This document shows positions 13,044 through 64,000 of a stretch of DNA of 64,000 bases, piece by piece. Position numbers and translations under genes: made by a program. Under the pieces are notes generated by a model. The model ran no database searches. It worked only from the letters and a program-made list of their open reading frames with translations, and was not told where the DNA came from. Where the stretch lies: assembly GCA_002633005.1 (NCBI GenBank), contig NMRA01000742.1, positions 1 to 64,000 of the forward strand, written 5' to 3'. The number at the start of each line of letters is the position of its first letter. Positions within the stretch are counted from its first letter, which is position 1. Origin of the DNA: Phoronis australis (Eukaryota > Animalia > Phoronida).

Positions 13044-13681
13044 TGCAGCTCGTAGTGGACATGTTTGTCAATCTGCTACTAATACTCTTGCATTGTCTCT
13101 TGACAGGCCAACAGTACTCTCACAAACGGCAGAGGCGCTCCAGAAAGTGGCAGGTCCGGCGAGGCGGAAGCTGTCTCGTCTTCAGAATCGGAGGGAACGA
13201 AGTCTGATACGCTATGAACAGGCGATAACAGCGATATGCCCAAGGCTGCAACAGCAAATGCCGAAAGACCCGAGGGTGGAAACTGATTGGTGGAAACGAA
13301 CCACCTCCGCACGTGACCTCACAAGTGCGCCGGGATTGGCTGTAAAAACCTGCGCTGCATAATGTGAATGACAGACGCGTTCCCAGGGATTAGAGCGGGC
13401 AGCGAGTGCAACTCGAAAAAACCCGGGTGTAACCGGAAAGCGATGGCAACCGACGAACAAAAGAGTGTCAGGATCGCTGGCGTCGACAGTGCCGAGCACA
13501 AAGAGGACACATTCGGTGCAAAGGTCAAAGGCGTGTACAAAGTGGTAAACAATGTACAGCTGTGCGTGGGTATGACGTAACGTGTCAGTGAGGCACACAA
13601 AGAAATACTTGACTGATGAGTCATGCGAGCACCATGTGCGCTGTGCCAAAGGCCCAAATGTGAGTGTTAAATACGCAAAGA

Positions 13682-14031
13682 GTTAAGCGTACGAGGATAG
13701 AACAACTATCAAACACTCCACATGGTCCGTGTCGGGTCACGGAAGCCCCAAAGCAGGTAGGCCTGAAAATACGATGAGGCCAATAGAGAGTCGTAATGCT
13801 CAACGCCGGTAAAACCGGGCAAGGTGTGGCCCGCCGAGTCACACAGAGTCGGTGAGGTTAAGCGTACGAGGATAGGACAACTATCAAACACTCCACATGG
13901 TCCGTGTCGGGTCACGGAAACCCCAAAGCAGGTAGGCCTGAAAATACGATGAGGCCAATAGAGAGTCGTAATGCTCTGCGCCGGTAAAACCGGGCAAGGT
14001 GTGGCCCGCCGAGTCACACAGAGTCGGTGAG
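13682..14031. repeat. 175-bp direct tandem duplication in the DIRS 5' leader
   Basis: Units start at 13682 and 13857 and are nearly identical; each contains several short inverted repeats. Confidence 0.92.
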
Positions 14032-15291
14032 CTCGGTCGTCCAAAAACTTCCAAGATGATTATATAGGATAAGAAGAAAATGCTCAGTAGCAAAGAGTTA
14101 TGCAATTGAGCGTGGTCGCGGTATAACTTGCGCGAAAAAACCTTCCAAAGGAAAAACACGTCTTCCTCCAGAAGATAAGTCCGTGGAATGGTTCGCTTTG
14201 CGCATGTCCGTATCTCATGGTAGTACTCGGGGGAATTCTGGGAGGAATAAAATTAACCCTTGCCCGGGAAGTGCACTTCATTATGCGGACAAGCTGGTGA
14301 ATGTCGCATGTGCCAAGTATAGGTTTTCGCTTGTTGGAGCCAACTCATAAGTGCCTGACATTTCGTAAAGAAGATCATTCATGCAATGTGCTATTCCTGT
14401 CTCCAACAAGGAAAATCTAATTTGCAACAGTGCCATTTCAGAAAAATTGAAATGGTGTACTTTTTCAAATGCTGGCTAAGCCCCAAAACACAATTTTGTC
14501 ATTGTGAATAATTGATCAACAAAGTACGACTTAACAACTAACAGATCATTTCCTACTGTCCCTTAGACCCGTACTTGTTCAATTTTAAATAACGAAGGCT
14601 TAAACAGCCCAACTGAGCCAGTCTGATTAACCACCACAGACCAGGCCAGTTTATGAAACAACACCACGCTAATTTGCACATTTACATCTGCATAAACGTT
14701 AAACAATTAGCGGACAGTCTTCCCTTAAAGATGGCAGCCATCATGTGGAGTGGAGAAGACTTCATAAACAACTGTTTACCTTTTCTTGTAGAAACAGCGC
14801 CCACAAACACGCAAACATGTTCACATCAAGCTTGAAGGCCACCAGGAGATGACCTTCTCAACTAGTCAACTTCCACGTTTTATTCAATCAAACATTACAT
14901 TCGTTCATACATACATGTATTATAATGATTGCACGAGTGCCCAGGCAGTATACAGAATGATAATTAGCAATCGACACGCTGACGACACTACAAACAAACT
15001 AGACAATGGGTCCAACTGAGGGGTATTATTTTCAGTGGTAAAAAAAACACTGATACGCTAAGTGGATGTTAAACATTTATGAAACTCTGGATAAAGCACA
15101 CACTAGAAAAATGAGTGCGCGGTAATGTAGACATTACCTAGAGAGTTTTGTGGCGTTTCCTTTGGAAACACGCAGTCTGGTGCAGCTGATGGTATCTAGT
15201 TAACTTAATATGCACTCTAGGTGGCACTAGTGAAGAAGGGTGCTCTTGAACACAGAAGACTATTTAAGCACATGGACAAAGGTACCTTACN

Positions 15292-15364
15292 TCCGTGGAA
15301 TGGTTCGCTTTGCGCATGTCCGTATCTCATGGTAGTACTCGGGGGAATTCTGGGAGGAATAAAA
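15292..15364. mobile_element. Second DIRS terminal-repeat copy abutting an N gap
   Basis: Identical to ~14180-14253 but with a different outer flank; starts immediately after N15291. Confidence 0.85.
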
Positions 15365-16281
15365 TGAAACTACACCCACATGTATGTACATCCGTAAGAG
15401 GATAATAGCGCGGTCACAAGAGATCTTGTGCCTGTGCAACTGAAGCCTAACCTGCGTGTAGGCAGGAAAAGGTGCATGGGTACACTGCTCAACATAGTTG
15501 GCCGTGATCTGACCTGTTGATTACTGACTAGATAGACGAAACCAAGGTGATTCACTCCGACTTTTACAAAAATAAGAGCCAATGTTTGGAATCACTACCG
15601 AAAAAATAAATGTTATTCTCCATTAAGACAAATATTTCTTAAAATCACTGGATGGCTTAAATTTTGTCTAAATTATCTCAACTGCTATGAGTAAATGAGT
15701 TCGAACATTTTTGGTGTAACTCAGTCGTTTTCAGAATGTTTCTGTGCCCCTTTGATGGTTCTGGAATACCGTGAAATTAACAAAAAAAAAAACTCATCTA
15801 GAAAGCATTTCTTTCTCCAGACAGCATTTAATACGATGCGAACAACGCACTGACCCCTAAGCAGGCTGCCAGTTTTAAACACACTGGCAAGTATTCGTCA
15901 AATTCCAGTGATGTTACCCATGACAAAAAATGACGTAAAAGGTCTTGTCACCCCTGGTGTGCGAGGTCAAAACCATTACCCCACCGCTAACTCATACAGT
16001 ATGTTCTCGGATAGCTTTCTGGTACCAGACTGCAACAGGACACTTCCTTCTGAAAAGTGAAATTCAGCAGCTCTTTTCAAAAAAAGAACAAAGTTGTTTA
16101 GTTTCTAAAAGTCGCAAAGATTAGACCATGGCTTAAATCACTATTTTAGTGGTCACTAAAGAAAGTGAAAGTCCCTTTGATGGAGAGTACAGGAAATTAA
16201 TACAATTAAAAAACACAACACCGATCTTGAAGCCTTAAATTCTTAATCCAAGTCTGACATAGGTTTAATTTCAGCTCTCAC

Positions 16282-62318
<46,037 letters not shown>

Positions 62319-64000
62319 CTGCAAGACAGTTGAGGTAATAAACAGGGTTAGAATTCAATGTGCCAATAAACCTGCATTGTCAAGGAAACAAATTTTGATT
62401 TTGACCAATCATTGCTATAAAATTTGTCTCAACCTGTTCCTACCTTTGATTAGAGGTGATTTTTAATATTGCAAACAACTGACAGGTGAGTTCATTATTG
62501 ATCCTTGAGACCATGCTCCGCAGTTTAAATAAAACGCCGGGTTTGGTGGTCGAAAACAAAAATTGGTTTCCATGATGGAAGAAGAGTATATAGCCAACTT
62601 AAGTTTTAGTTTTTATTTTTTGACACTTCGCAACAAAAGCTTTGCATAGGTTTAAAAAAACACTTGAAATCAAGGTCAAGGTCGCCAGGATCAATTGGCA
62701 TCTTGTGATACACCATCCACACCTCGATACAAAATGTGAACAAAATCTAAAGCTTCCTTCCTGAGATTCTGTACCAAACAACATTTATGTAAAAACTTGA
62801 TTTTTTGATTGTGACCTTGAAAATGATACCAAGGTCACCAAAACTAACTGGTGCTTGCAGATGTCCCCCTCCACGTCGGTACCAAGAACTAAAAACAAAA
62901 TCAAAAGCTTCCTTCTTCAGATTTCAAAACATTGTGACATACACATGTTTAGACATATCTGCACATGTACGGTCGTCAATACTATGTGACCTCGGTTTGC
63001 GCTAAAGTGCGGCTGCGGACAAAAAGAATAGCAAAAGCAAGAAGTTAAAAGCTTTGCACAGGTTTAAAAACTCTAATATTTAGTAATAAAATAAATATTG
63101 AACAAAAACATGTAGCTACAACGGATGTAAAACCAGGGGCATATTTCCCTTTAGCTCACTATTGGTACACATAATTAACTGAGCTCCAACCCATCAAGAA
63201 ATACTTATTTTTCAATTGTAGTTTCTTTTTCATCAAAACAAACTAATTTCAGTATTCAAAACTGTTTTAAACTAAATGACACAAAACGTAAAGAGCAATA
63301 GCACTAACACAGTGACAGCTGCCCCAATAGTGGATCTCTATCTAAAGTGCCCTTAAACAAAACAAAGAACGCATTGACTTTCCAACAGCAGATGGTACTA
63401 ATAATCACTGCACAATACAGTAGGTCACCTTCAATACGAAAAGAATTCGAAAGTTATGCAACAACTCTGGGTAATTAGCCAAATATCAAAAAACTATAAA
63501 TTTTAACTGTCAGTAAAAGACAATATTTTCTGACAGCAGAAAGCCTGCAGAAGTTGAGTTTAGACTGTTTCCCAATCTGAGATTAATTGCATCACATGAA
63601 CAAATCCTTTTTGTAAAACTTGGTAAAAAGGAAATGCACATTCAAGTATTCATAGCAAAAAACGACTGTGATCAACTTTCATTTCATGTAAATGTTCATG
63701 ATGAGATTCTAAAAACGGTGTTGCAGTAATTTCTAAATCGCTATTTTTTTTAAGCAACTTCAGATTTTATCATGAAAACGGCATAATTTAATAGCCCTCA
63801 TACGAAAAAGGAACATTTAAGACACAATTCTTGATGGCATTTTGGAGAATAGTGCTCAAAGCATAGTGTCTCTTAAGTTTCTTGTAAATCCAATCAGTCA
63901 TTTCCGAGATATGATGGTCCAAATTTGGCCAAATTTGAACATCTTTCTAGGGGCCCACATATATAAACACTCAATATGTAGTGTTCAATGATGTGACTTG

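Larger units (their letters stand above)
8940..14254 (-). mobile_element. DIRS1-type tyrosine-recombinase retrotransposon, near full length, coding regions decayed
   Basis: Inverted terminal repeats, an ICR complementary to both ends, TTT-containing termini, and gag, RT, RNase H, Dam-like MT and YR homology. Confidence 0.95.

Noticed and set aside
13612-13650. CTGATGAG as a hammerhead ribozyme core (also near 30391 and 56216)
   Set aside because: No stem II followed by GAAA and no closing stems

Overview
AT-rich, intron-rich animal genomic DNA, most likely a marine invertebrate draft assembly; the single Ns mostly behave as contig gaps. Positions ~16.3-62.3 kb hold about 30 minus-strand exons of one very large secreted gel-forming-mucin/hemolectin-like gene (TIL, VWD-C8-TIL, VWC-like, short Thr/Ser-rich segments and two divergent FA58C/discoidin domains). 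Neither end of the gene is visible. Left of the gap at 15291 lie one clear liprin-alpha exon and a near full-length DIRS1-type tyrosine-recombinase retrotransposon (8940-14254). Its terminal repeats and ICR are perfect, but its ORFs are decayed, a MITE interrupts RT, its leader carries a structured 175-bp tandem repeat, and ~770 bp of gag is inverted. The introns contain Kolobok-, hAT-, Penelope- and MITE-type relics and several minisatellites. I found no prokaryotic-style systems such as CRISPR. All domain calls are by motif recognition only; no searches were run.
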